NCBI GenBank assembly: GCA_027491435.1
Contig: JAOZFG010000003.1
Coordinates: forward strand, 1-64,000
Source of the DNA: Thermoproteota archaeon
Lineage (GTDB): Archaea; Korarchaeota; Korarchaeia; Korarchaeales; Korarchaeaceae
Reading direction: 5' to 3'
DNA: 64,000 nt
Both the position numbers and the translations under genes were made by a program. Below are positions 47,132-57,500 of this stretch, piece by piece. The notes under the pieces were generated by a model. The model was not told the origin of the DNA. It ran no database searches and was given only the letters and a program-made list of their open reading frames with translations. Position 1 is the first letter of the stretch. Every line of letters begins with the position of its first letter.

Positions 47132-48404
47132 GCTCTACGGGGAAAGGATGAGGCTCGTTAACAGCATTGCCAGGGTAAAGAGGGAGAAGGGACTTCCAGT
47201 AAGGGATAGGGAGGTGGAGGCCTCCCTGTGGGAGGCCGTCAAGAGGAAGTGCCAGGAGGAAGGGTTAAACGAGAGGAACTGTGAGAGGATGTTCGCCCTC
47301 CTTATAAGCTCGTCCATTGAGGCTCAGGTGCCCAAGTCCGGGGCTGGCGCCCACATAGAGATATTTAGAAGGGCTAAGGCCATGGAAAGGGAGGGCAGGA
47401 AGGTCTACCACCTGGAGGTAGGAGAACCCGCGTGGGGCCCGCCTGAGGAAGCCTTGGAGGCCCTCTTCGACTCTGTCAGGAAGGGGGAGATAAGGTACGG
47501 ACCCTCCACAGGGTTGCCCAGGTTTAAGGAGGCGGCCTCAAGGTGGGTCAGCAGGAGGGACGGCGTAGATGTGGGGCCTGATTCCTTAGTCCCCACCCCC
47601 GGATCCAAGTTCGCCCTTTTCGCGTTGATGTCAATGCTGACCGACAAGGGGGATAGGGTGGGGTTGATAAGGCCTACCTGGCCGGGATACCTGGGGATAG
47701 CCTCATCTCTGGGACTAGAGGTCGTTTCCGCCGAGGAGGACTTCGAAGCCCTCAGGGGCTCTCGAGTGATAGTGGTGTGCTCTCCAAACAACCCAGATGG
47801 TAGGGTTCTCTCCAGGAGCCAGCTTGAGGAGCTAGTTGAAGTTGCTTCTGAATCCAACTCTTACATAGTGAGCGATGACGCCTACGCTGAGCTTTCCTTC
47901 GTTGAGAGGACCCCGGTCACTAAGATCTACGAGAGGGCCATAAGCGTAAACTCCATGTCTAAGGCGTTCGGAATGACCGGCTTCAGGATAGGCTACGTCT
48001 ACGGGCCTAAAGAGGTGGTTGACTCTCTGGCCAAATTTCTAGCCGTTACGGTGACCAACGTCCCTGAGTTCATACAGGAAGCCGCTGGGGCTGCCTTGGA
48101 GGTTGGTGAAAAGCATCTAGCCCAAGTTAGGGAGAGGCTCTCTAGCATGTTGAGGTTTGCTGAGGAGAACCTTAAGAACACGAAGCTGGAGTTCAAGAGG
48201 CCTGATGGTGGCCTATACCTCTTTCCTAGGGTTGAGCTCGATGGATTTGACTCTCTGCAGTTCTCTAGGGAGCTTCTAGAGAAAAAGGGAGTTGCTGTAG
48301 CCCCTGGAATAGCTTTTGGCCCCTACCCGGACAGGATAAGGGTCACCTTCGCCAGCATGCACGGGTACGAGGGGATCCCCCTGTTAAAGGAGGCATTAGC
48401 TTGA
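47085..48404 (+). CDS. Chorismate mutase (AroQ) fused to a class I/II PLP aminotransferase
   Basis: N-terminal R..I...T..I...R.....IA..K...GLPVRD..E; SPNNPDG, DDAY, SMSKAFGMTGFRIGY. Confidence 0.85.
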   Translation: MEVRERIREVTLKIFELYGERMRLVNSIARVKREKGLPVRDREVEASLWEAVKRKCQEEGLNERNCERMFALLISSSIEAQVPKSGAGAHIEIFRRAKAMEREGRKVYHLEVGEPAWGPPEEALEALFDSVRKGEIRYGPSTGLPRFKEAASRWVSRRDGVDVGPDSLVPTPGSKFALFALMSMLTDKGDRVGLIRPTWPGYLGIASSLGLEVVSAEEDFEALRGSRVIVVCSPNNPDGRVLSRSQLEELVEVASESNSYIVSDDAYAELSFVERTPVTKIYERAISVNSMSKAFGMTGFRIGYVYGPKEVVDSLAKFLAVTVTNVPEFIQEAAGAALEVGEKHLAQVRERLSSMLRFAEENLKNTKLEFKRPDGGLYLFPRVELDGFDSLQFSRELLEKKGVAVAPGIAFGPYPDRIRVTFASMHGYEGIPLLKEALA

Positions 48405-49198
48405 GGGCCCTGGTAGTGGGAGCCGGCTCAATGGGAAGCTGGTTTGCCAGGCTTCTCTCGGAGAGAGGATGGGAAGTGGACCTCCTAGACGTCTCCTACG
48501 AGAGGGCCTTAAGGGCCTCAAAAGAGATTGGGGGGAGGGCGGTCAAGGAGCCCTCCTCCAGTTACGGGCTGGCTCTAATAGCGGTTCCCATAAGGGAGAC
48601 CCCTAAAGCAATAATGGAGCACCACGAAAGGGCAGAGGTGGTGGTGGAGATATCCTCCGTTAAGAGCGGGGTTGTGGGCCTGATAAGGAAAGCAGAGCTT
48701 GAAAACGTGCTCTCTATACACCCCCTCTTCGGGCCCGGGCTCGAGGACCCTGGAGAGGGCAAGGCAGTCCTGGTGCCAGTTAGGGACCCTGAGAGGGAGC
48801 TAAGGGTGGCTAAATCCCTCTTCCCCTTTAAGTTCTTGGTCAAGGACGTCGCCTCTCATGATAGGGCCATGGCCTGGTTGGCAGTATCTCACGCCGTGCT
48901 GAACGCCTTCTTGGCCTCTACTGAGGACGTGTCAGACTCCCTTGACGAGATGTCGACCACTACTGTAAGGGCCCTTCTCACGCTGGCTGGAGCTTCCCTA
49001 ACTCAGAGCCCCTCCCTAACAGAGGAACTCATTAAGGAGAATCCCTTCTTTCAGCAGGAATTCTCTCGATTTTTGGGGGAGCTCTCCCGCTTCTCCGAGG
49101 ATCCAACCTCGGTGATAAATAGGGTGAGGAGGTGGAGATCCCTCTTAAACGCTGACAGGTGCTACAAAGCCCTGTATAAGATGCTCAGGGAACTGTAA
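48401..49198 (+). CDS. tyrA: Prephenate/arogenate dehydrogenase
   Basis: GAGSMG Rossmann motif, EISSVK, SIHPLFGP, HDRAMA. Confidence 0.88.
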   Translation: MRALVVGAGSMGSWFARLLSERGWEVDLLDVSYERALRASKEIGGRAVKEPSSSYGLALIAVPIRETPKAIMEHHERAEVVVEISSVKSGVVGLIRKAELENVLSIHPLFGPGLEDPGEGKAVLVPVRDPERELRVAKSLFPFKFLVKDVASHDRAMAWLAVSHAVLNAFLASTEDVSDSLDEMSTTTVRALLTLAGASLTQSPSLTEELIKENPFFQQEFSRFLGELSRFSEDPTSVINRVRRWRSLLNADRCYKALYKMLREL

Positions 49199-50123
49199 CT
49201 GGGTTCTGATCGGTGCTGGGCTCCACTTCCTTCTTAAGCTCTTCCTCCAGGAAGACAGGTCTCAGGAAGAGCGAGTAGTGCATCCTAGGTGAGTAAAACT
49301 TGGTCTTACCCTCAAGCCCCCTCTCCCTAAATCTCCTCTCCAGGTCCTCTAGGCTAAGCTGATCTGGCAGCGTGGAGAGGCCACCGAAGGTGAAGGTCCA
49401 CTCGTCGCTGAAGGATGGTACGTATGCCTTCGCCATGGTCACCTTTGGGAAGGCCTCCCCCATGGCCCTGAATATCCTCAAGAAGGCCACCCTGTTGTTG
49501 GTTAGCCCTTCGCTGTGGGTCACGGCGAGCCCGCCCTCCCTCAGTATTCCTCTAACGGCCTCGTAGAACTCCTTAGTGTAGAGCCTGGCAGCCTGCCCTT
49601 TGGGGTCTGTCACGTCCAGCACTACCACGTCGTACTTCTCCTCAGTAGTCTCCACGTAGGCCCTGCCGTCGTTGAACACTAACTTTACCCTTGGGTCCTC
49701 GAAAGCCCCTTGGGGCATCTCAGGTAGGTGCTCCTTGACGAGCTCTATGACCGATTTGTCCAGCTCGACTAGGGTAACCTCCTTGACAGGGTGCTTTAAT
49801 ATCTCCCTGAGCGCCCCTCCATCACCACCCCCTATGACCAAGACCTTCTCAGGGTTATCCAGCGTCAGCAAGGCTGGATGGATCAGGGTTTCGTGGTAGA
49901 TGAACTCGTCCCCCAGGGAGAACATGGTGACGTGGTCTATGTAGAGGGACCTTCCCAAGAAGGGGGAATCCACTATCTCTATCAGCTGGCCGGCCTCGCT
50001 CTTGAAGGAGGTCACCACCCTATCAACAGCAGTTAGCGTGGCCATCCACTCGTTGACCATCTCAAGGTAGAGCAGGGTTCCATCGACTTCCATTATTCCG
50101 GGCTTGGGGAACTTGTACTTCAT
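49185..50123 (-). CDS. speE: Polyamine aminopropyltransferase (spermidine synthase)
   Basis: DEFIYHETLIHP, VLVIGGGDGG, VELD, DG, DVTDP. Confidence 0.92.
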   Translation of the reverse strand: MKYKFPKPGIMEVDGTLLYLEMVNEWMATLTAVDRVVTSFKSEAGQLIEIVDSPFLGRSLYIDHVTMFSLGDEFIYHETLIHPALLTLDNPEKVLVIGGGDGGALREILKHPVKEVTLVELDKSVIELVKEHLPEMPQGAFEDPRVKLVFNDGRAYVETTEEKYDVVVLDVTDPKGQAARLYTKEFYEAVRGILREGGLAVTHSEGLTNNRVAFLRIFRAMGEAFPKVTMAKAYVPSFSDEWTFTFGGLSTLPDQLSLEDLERRFRERGLEGKTKFYSPRMHYSLFLRPVFLEEELKKEVEPSTDQNPVTVP

Positions 50124-50201
50124 ACGACTTCCGGCGGTGGACAAATAAAAGTGAATGGTCATAACTTATCTTGATCAGGTGTCGTTAGGGAGGGTGCGAG
50201 T

Positions 50202-51575
50202 TTGAGCTGGTCCGTCTTAAAGGCGTTAAGAGAAAATCCAGATGTTCTCAGGGAGAACCTGAGGAAGAGGTTCATGCCAGCTGAGCTGGTGGATAAGGCC
50301 CTGGAGCTAGATAAGAAGTGGAGGGAGGTGGTGACCGAGCTAAATCAGGTGAGGGAGAAGAGAAATAAGATAAATAGGATGATCCCCCGAGTTTCAAAGG
50401 AAGAGAGGGAAAAGCTGATTAAGGAATCTAAGGAGCTGGCCAGATTAGAGGAAGAACTTAACAGGAAGGCTAGAGAGCTTAGTGAGGAGAGGGATAGAGT
50501 TCTTAGCTCTCTTCCAGCCCTACTCCACGAATCAGTTCCCATAGGGCCTGATGAAACCTATAACAAGCCTATCAGATTCTGGGGGAAGCCAAGGGTTCCC
50601 AAAAGCAAGCTTGAGAGTTTCCTTAAGGAAACGGATGGGTTTAAGGTAGAGTACGAGCTCATAGACTGGGAGCCCAGAGGTCATGCGGATCAGCTTGAGC
50701 AGGTTCTTAAGCTAGGCGACACGCTCAGGGCTGCTGAGATATCAGGTAGGCGGTTCTTTTACCTTTACAAGGACATAGTTTGGCTCGAACAGGCCCTCAT
50801 AATGCTGGCCCTAGACCATTTAACCAAGAAGGGGTTCGTGCCCGTTATACCGCCTTACATGATGAGGGAGAAGTATTACCTCGGGGTCGTCGATCTAGAA
50901 ACGTTCAAGGACAGCATATACAAGGTGGAGGACGAGGACCTCTACCTAATAGCCACCTCAGAGCACCCGCTAATAGCTATGCACGCTGGCGACACATTCG
51001 TGGAGGAGGAGCTCCCCAGGCTCTACGTCGGGGTCAGCCCCTGCTTCAGGAAGGAGGCTGGAACCCACGGGAAGGACACTAAGGGGATCTTCAGGGTCCA
51101 TCAGTTCACCAAGGTGGAGCAGATAGTCTTCTCATTACCGGAGGAGAGCTGGAAGTGGCATGAGGAGCTCATAAAGAACGCTGAGGAAATCTACCAGATG
51201 CTGGAGATACCTTACAGGGTAGTTAACATAGCCTCCGGTGACTTGGGAGCTGTTGCCGCCAAGAAGTACGATTTAGAGGCCTGGTTTCCAGCACAGGGTA
51301 GGTACAGGGAGCTGGTTAGCTGTAGCAACTGTCTGGACTGGCAGAGCTATAGGCTCAGGATAAAGGTGGACAGGAAGGGCAGGAGGGAGTTCGTACACAC
51401 CTTAAACAGCACGGCTTTGGCTACTACCAGGACCATAACTGCAATACTGGAGAACTTCCAGAGGGAGGATGGGTCTGTAGAGATACCTAAAGCCCTAAGG
51501 AAGTACCTAGAACCCTTTGAGGCCGCTCCAAAGGACGTGATAGTCCCTATAAAGGAGAAGTACGTGAAGACCTAA
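50202..51575 (+). CDS. serS: Serine--tRNA ligase
   Basis: N-terminal coiled coil, LIATSEHP, FRKEAG, GIFRVHQF, ELVSCSNC, HTLNST. Confidence 0.97.
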   Translation: MSWSVLKALRENPDVLRENLRKRFMPAELVDKALELDKKWREVVTELNQVREKRNKINRMIPRVSKEEREKLIKESKELARLEEELNRKARELSEERDRVLSSLPALLHESVPIGPDETYNKPIRFWGKPRVPKSKLESFLKETDGFKVEYELIDWEPRGHADQLEQVLKLGDTLRAAEISGRRFFYLYKDIVWLEQALIMLALDHLTKKGFVPVIPPYMMREKYYLGVVDLETFKDSIYKVEDEDLYLIATSEHPLIAMHAGDTFVEEELPRLYVGVSPCFRKEAGTHGKDTKGIFRVHQFTKVEQIVFSLPEESWKWHEELIKNAEEIYQMLEIPYRVVNIASGDLGAVAAKKYDLEAWFPAQGRYRELVSCSNCLDWQSYRLRIKVDRKGRREFVHTLNSTALATTRTITAILENFQREDGSVEIPKALRKYLEPFEAAPKDVIVPIKEKYVKT

Positions 51576-51648
51576 CAATACCTGCGTATTAAATTCGCCG
51601 GCAAGTAATTAATAAACGGGGATGTTCAGGAGACCTGAAGGGATGTAA

Positions 51649-54561
51649 ATGAAGGTGAAGGTCGCCCTCCTTGTGCTGCTTGGCTTGATTCTTTTGACGC
51701 TAATTCCAGTTAGAGCAGAGGGCTTCGGCGAGGTGTGGAGTGAACAGGTTAGAGAGCCCCTTATAACGGGAATTAGGGCCGTGGATCCGACAATATACAA
51801 AGACTACTTGCTAGTGGTTGGCGGAAAGGGCAACAAGCTCCTAGCGTTCAAACTGGAGGATGGAAGCTTTTTGTGGGAACAGAGTTTAAGCGCTACGATA
51901 ATAGCCCCTCCTGTGGTGGTTAACCTCTCTAAAGAGGTTCTAGTTGTGGTTCTAACCAGCACCAATGACCTCTTCGCCATGGACCTTCTGAACAATGGAA
52001 CCATAAGGATAAAGGGGCTCAAACTGGGGGTCAACTTAATCGACTCGAGGCCCGTGGTTAACGGAAACGACCTAATAGTTCCCACGTATAAGGGCGCCTT
52101 ATTGGTTAACCTCAGGATCCGGGAGTTAGTTGACAAGCTTGAGCTTAACTACACGGTCAAGAGCTTAGTCTATAAGGGAGTCCTCTACTTCGTGGGGGAG
52201 AACGCTGTTTCAGCCTACAACTACAGCGAGGGATTTAAATTCCTCTGGAGCAAGAGCTTCGATAAGGAGGTACTAAGGTGGGGCTTCGGCGAAGAGTATG
52301 GGGTGTTCTTGCTTGAAGACATGTCTTTAGTGTCCCTGAACCTGAAAAGCGGGGAGGAAAAGGTCAGAATTGGGAGGGAGTCCCTAGGAATACCTAAGGT
52401 GCCGCCCGCACCCGGTATTATACCAGTTAGAGAGCTGGCGCACATAGCCTTCAACGACGGCACCCTTCTCTACGTGGACCCAGCAACCCTTAAGGTGTTG
52501 GCTAGGGAGAAGACCTTCAAAGTGCCCGTTTACCAACCAGTTATTGTAGGAAATGCCATAGCTTACCTATCTGAGGATGGCAACTTAACCCTCTACGATT
52601 ACAGGAGGACTAGAACCCTTCTGAGGATGGCCTTCGAGGGAGTTCCCTCCAGCAACGTAGTGCTGGCGGAGACGAACAGCTCATACTATGCCACCTTCGT
52701 GGAGAGGAGCGGGCTCTTGAGGGTGTTTAGCATACCCAAGCACATACCCGTCGCTTCTATCAGTGAAAAGGACGGCAAGTACCAAGTGGAGGGCTACCTG
52801 TGCAGAATAGAGACGGAAGGAGAGCCGGCCACGATGGGCTATTACGTCATGGCACCAGATGGATCAATTATAGAGGAGAAGCCCAATCTTGGGGTTGTGA
52901 AGCCCGGCACTTGCGGTGGTTCTAAGTTCAGCCTTGAAATCTCCGGGCCATTCCTGCTGGGAGTTATCTTCAACGGCACCAAAGAATACCCTATTCACAG
53001 GGTAGGGACGGAGGCTTTACCTCCTGTAACTCAGACACAAACTCAGTCAGCACTTACTCAGACACAAACGTTAACTCTGACGACGCAGCCAGCTCAAACC
53101 GTCAAGGTAGAGGTGCCTGCTAAAGTGAGCATAGGCGACTACCTAGTGGTTAAGGTGACCGGTCCCAACGTCTGGGGCGTTGATAAGGTCACGGTGTCAG
53201 TTAGCGGGCCTAACGTTGAAGATGTCTCGAACACCTTCGATGTGGGAGACCAGCTGAACCTTCAGGTGAAGGCTAGAGCCGTAAAGGGAGGTAAGGGCGA
53301 GATAAGAGTTGAGTTAAGGTCTGACGGGAAAGTGTTGAAAGCCATCGAGAAACAAGTTGAGTTCGTAATGAGTGAAATTGTGAGCGTTAACGCTCCTAAG
53401 CAGGTCAGCTTGGGCGAGCAGTTCGGGGTGAGAGTAGCTATAATCAACAAAGTTAAAGATAAGGGCAACTTCACCGTCAAGGTTTTCCTAGATGGGCAGA
53501 GTAGCGTGGCTAACTTGGGCGCTCTCGGGTTTGGGGAGAGGAGGGAAGTAGACCTCAAGCTGAAGGCTGATAAGGAGGGGCTGCTCAACCTCATGGTTCA
53601 GGTTTTAGTGGACGGAGAGGTCGTTTACAGCAGAAGCTTTGGAGTTAGATCTGTTAAGAGGGCTCAGGCACCTCCAGCCGCTTCGCCGAGCCCCACTAAG
53701 CCCAGGCCATTACCGCCATCCCCCAGCGCTGGGAGGCAGGGGGCGATTCCAGAGGACATGACTAGTATATTGGAGATAGCCCTGGCAGTGGTGCTCGTCG
53801 TTGGAGTAATACTGTTGCTCAGGAGGTCTCTAACCAAGCCAGCTAAGAGACCTGCCAAGAGGAAGCCAGTAGAAGCTCCTCCAATTGAAGTTACCGCTGA
53901 AGAGCTAATCCCCAGTGCTGAGGAAGAGGGATTCGAGTTAATCCCGGAGGAGGTCCCAAAGGAAGAGGCCAAGCCAGAGGAGGTGTCGATAGAAAGTGAA
54001 AGCAAGTTCTTTGAGCCTGCGGAGACCTCTGAGGTTACACCTCCAGAGGTTGAGGAGTTTAAAGTGCCGGAGGTGGAGATCGAGGAGTTACAACCCACAG
54101 AGCACCTACCACCTCCAATAGAGGATGAAGTTGTGGAGCTTATGGACAAAGCCAGAAGGAAGCTTTCCAGTGTAAAGATTAAGCTAGCTGAGCTGGAGGA
54201 CATCCTGGGATTTGAGGCCGCTCCCTATAAACTTACGGACGTTGAGAGTAAGATCATGAACGCCGAAATGGCTTATAAAGCTAAAAACATGAAAAAGGCC
54301 AAGAACCTGCTGGAAGAGGCCCTTGAGGACTTAGAGTCCCTTGAGAGGGAGGTCGATGAGGCTAAAAAAGCTCTTGTAGACGGGTGGGGGTCGGTGGAGA
54401 GCAGGATCGAGGTGATGCTCAAGGTCTGGGGCAGGGCCCCAGCCAACATGCTGACTATGGTGCCCCCAGGCTTCAGGATAATAGCTTTGGAGAGGTACAG
54501 GAGGATGCACGAGGACAAAAAGTTGGAGTTAAGGGGGGATGAGCTCTACCTAGTGGAGTGA
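51649..54561 (+). CDS. Single-pass membrane protein: extracellular PQQ-like beta-propeller and Ig/CARDB domains, cytoplasmic acidic/coiled-coil tail
   Basis: Signal peptide; AFKLEDGSFLWEQ-type blade repeats; Thr/Gln and Pro linkers; TM ILEIALAVVLVVGVILLL followed by RR; long Glu/Pro-rich then helical region. Confidence 0.72.
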   Translation: MKVKVALLVLLGLILLTLIPVRAEGFGEVWSEQVREPLITGIRAVDPTIYKDYLLVVGGKGNKLLAFKLEDGSFLWEQSLSATIIAPPVVVNLSKEVLVVVLTSTNDLFAMDLLNNGTIRIKGLKLGVNLIDSRPVVNGNDLIVPTYKGALLVNLRIRELVDKLELNYTVKSLVYKGVLYFVGENAVSAYNYSEGFKFLWSKSFDKEVLRWGFGEEYGVFLLEDMSLVSLNLKSGEEKVRIGRESLGIPKVPPAPGIIPVRELAHIAFNDGTLLYVDPATLKVLAREKTFKVPVYQPVIVGNAIAYLSEDGNLTLYDYRRTRTLLRMAFEGVPSSNVVLAETNSSYYATFVERSGLLRVFSIPKHIPVASISEKDGKYQVEGYLCRIETEGEPATMGYYVMAPDGSIIEEKPNLGVVKPGTCGGSKFSLEISGPFLLGVIFNGTKEYPIHRVGTEALPPVTQTQTQSALTQTQTLTLTTQPAQTVKVEVPAKVSIGDYLVVKVTGPNVWGVDKVTVSVSGPNVEDVSNTFDVGDQLNLQVKARAVKGGKGEIRVELRSDGKVLKAIEKQVEFVMSEIVSVNAPKQVSLGEQFGVRVAIINKVKDKGNFTVKVFLDGQSSVANLGALGFGERREVDLKLKADKEGLLNLMVQVLVDGEVVYSRSFGVRSVKRAQAPPAASPSPTKPRPLPPSPSAGRQGAIPEDMTSILEIALAVVLVVGVILLLRRSLTKPAKRPAKRKPVEAPPIEVTAEELIPSAEEEGFELIPEEVPKEEAKPEEVSIESESKFFEPAETSEVTPPEVEEFKVPEVEIEELQPTEHLPPPIEDEVVELMDKARRKLSSVKIKLAELEDILGFEAAPYKLTDVESKIMNAEMAYKAKNMKKAKNLLEEALEDLESLEREVDEAKKALVDGWGSVESRIEVMLKVWGRAPANMLTMVPPGFRIIALERYRRMHEDKKLELRGDELYLVE

Positions 54562-57500
54562 TCTCCTCATCACCACTTTCTCCAGTATCTCCTCGTAAAG
54601 CTCATTTATGACCTCCTGGTGATCGGCTTTACCTTCTTCCACTAAGCTCATCTTTCTCTCCAAGAGCCTGGTCCTCTCCTCACTTATCAAGTCCTCGTAC
54701 TTGTTGACCAGGTAATTGTAAACCTCGATCCCCAGCTTTGTAGGCAGGAGCTTGCCCTTCCTCTCCACCACGTACCTCCTGATCAGCAACTTCTCCATTA
54801 TGGTGGCGTAGGTTGAGGGCCGGCCTATTCCCCTCTCCTTCATCAGGGCGACAACGTCCCCTTGAGTGTAGAGCGGAACCAATGGCACCTTTACGTGCTT
54901 CACGTCTATTTCAATTTCCTTCGCTTTTAGCTCGGGCATGACCCTGTAGAAGTAGGGGTAGATGGTGGCCCAGCCGCCCTCAACTGCTACAACTCTCTCG
55001 TCTACGAGTTCAACCCCGTCAAACTTTAGCTTGTACTTCTGCTTCTTAACTACGCTCTCCCTGGTCTGGGAAGCCATGAACCTCTTGAATATCAGATCAT
55101 AGAGCCGGAAGTGGTCCTTCTTCATTGGTTCTGGCGGTATTATCACTCCCTCCTTAACGTACTCTATCAGATCGCCGGTGCTGAGCGGTTTTGTAGGCCT
55201 TATACACTCGTGGGCCCCTCCCTCGCCCCACTTCCTAGGGACGAACTCATCTCCTAGGTACTCGGAGGCTACCCTCCAACCCGCGTCGCTAACCCTCGTG
55301 CTGTCCGTCCTGTGGTAGGTTATCAGACCTGCCTCAAAGAGCGATTGAGCTACGTCCATTACTCTCCTGGCGTCCATTCCCAGGACCCTATTAGCCTCCT
55401 TTATCATCTCGTCTGTCGTAAACGGTGGCGGAGGTACTACCCTCTCCTCTACAGTCTCTACCGGCTCTACAAAGGCCTTTCTCCTGCCTTGCTCCCCGTA
55501 CTTTCCCTCAACCCTGAGGAACAGCTGGTCGCCCCTTATCAGGGTTATGACCTTCTTCTTCTTGTGTTCCTCATACCTCTCTATTATCCATCCTAAGGTG
55601 GGGGTCTGGGCCCTCCCGGCTGAGAGAGACCTGTTTTTGAAAACTTTCTGAAGTTCTTCGGAGAGTTCGAAGCCTATCCACCTGTCCTCAATTCTTCTGA
55701 CTATCTGAGCCTTAACTCTTGGCTCGTTTATCTCAAGGAGCTCCTGCATAGCTTTCATTATCGCCCTCTTGGTCACCTCATGAAACTCAGCTCTGTATAC
55801 CTCCTTGGCGATGCCCCTGATCATCTGGTATATGTCCCAGGCTATCTTCTCTCCCTCAGTGTCCGGATCGGTCCCTATGAGGACCCTGTCAGCCTCGTAG
55901 GCCAGCCACCTTATCGCCTCTATGTTGTCCCTGCTGTCCCTTATGTTGGTGGACCCGCATCTGGGACACCTGTCCCCGTCGGTGAACTGGTAGCCGCAGT
56001 CGTAGCACCTCTTGATGGATGAGTACATGGGTATGAAGGTCCTGGTGTCATCGTACTCCTCTATGAGGACCCCGTGATAGCCGCCCACGGTGGACAGGTC
56101 CACCACGTGTCCCCCGCTGGCCGCCACTGTAACCACGTAGTTGCCGGTGGTGGTCTCATAAGTAACCACGTTCCCTATTATCCTCTTGCTCGGCTTTCCG
56201 AAGAACCTAGCTATGGTTCTGGCCTTATTTGGGCTCTCAACCACGAATAACACGGTTTTTAGGAGGCCTGCCGTCTCTCTGAATTGTCCCTTAAGCTTCA
56301 GGTACTTCTCACGATCTTCATCTATTTCCTGTCTCAAAGAACTTATATCAACTTCGGAAACTTCGTAAAAATCTATGTCGTAAGCGCTGGCTCTCTTGAG
56401 AAAGCCTGTAAGGAGGGGATCCCTGTCGTAGACGAGGCTAGCGCCTTTGGTCATTCCACCAGGGTAAAGACGGGAGGCCCTGCCAGAGGCTTGTATGTAG
56501 CTCCTTATGTCTGGGATGACCACCTTCATAGTCTCCGTGTCTAGGACTATGTCCCCTGACTTGGATACCCTTTCTAGCGTTTCCTTGGACGATAGCACCT
56601 CCTTTAACTTCTCCCTGACCCTCTTAACGTTCTCCTCGGTTGGTCTGACCCTAGCGGCCATGGCGAGCCTCCTCTCGGCTGGGCCCAAGGCCTTGGCTAT
56701 TACCGAGAACATGGCGACTACCACGTTGTCCTGCATTTCCTCTACTTCCTTCACGGTGAGCTCGAACCTTGGGACGCCGTAGAACACAACGTACCTTATC
56801 CTGTGTGGGAGGTCCACCCCCCTGACCAGCACCCCGTAGGGCTTCGCGGCACCGATCAAGGCGTCCAGTTCTCCTTTGACGAATGAGTTCAACAGTTCCT
56901 CGTCATAACCGGACATGACCCCTGCTTTGAGGCCCGCCTCGCTAAGCAGGGACTTTACCCTGTCGGCCATCTCCATCTTAGGAATGAAGGCCAAAAGGCC
57001 TGGGCCCATCTCCTTGATGAAGCTCAGGAACCTTTCCTCGTCCTTGGTGAACATGTCTACGATGTTCCTCAGGTACTCCTGCCTTATCACCCCAACGTCA
57101 AAGCCTAACAGGTTTCTGAAAAGTTGGGCCCTCTTACCAGGCCTTCCAGTCGCCGTTGATACCACTAAAACTCCCTTAGGCCTCCTATCTACTGGCTCCC
57201 CCCTGTAGGCCTTCCTTATATCTTCGTCGGTGAACCCCATTAGCTTCAGCACTTTGTCCACGTTTCTGGAGTTCTTCAAGAAGGAGTCGACGTCGTCTAC
57301 GAATATGAATGAGAAGGGGGCAGCCCTCCTTATCTCCTCAGCCCTCCTTGACAGGAACTGGGAGGTGGTTATTAGGATGTCAAAGTCCCCCTCAGTAAGC
57401 TTCTCCATGAACTCCCTCTTCTCCTTGGCCTTCATGTCCCCGCGGTAGGCTAATATAGAGACTTCCTTGCCAGCCTTCTCCACGTAGCCTTCCAGGATCT

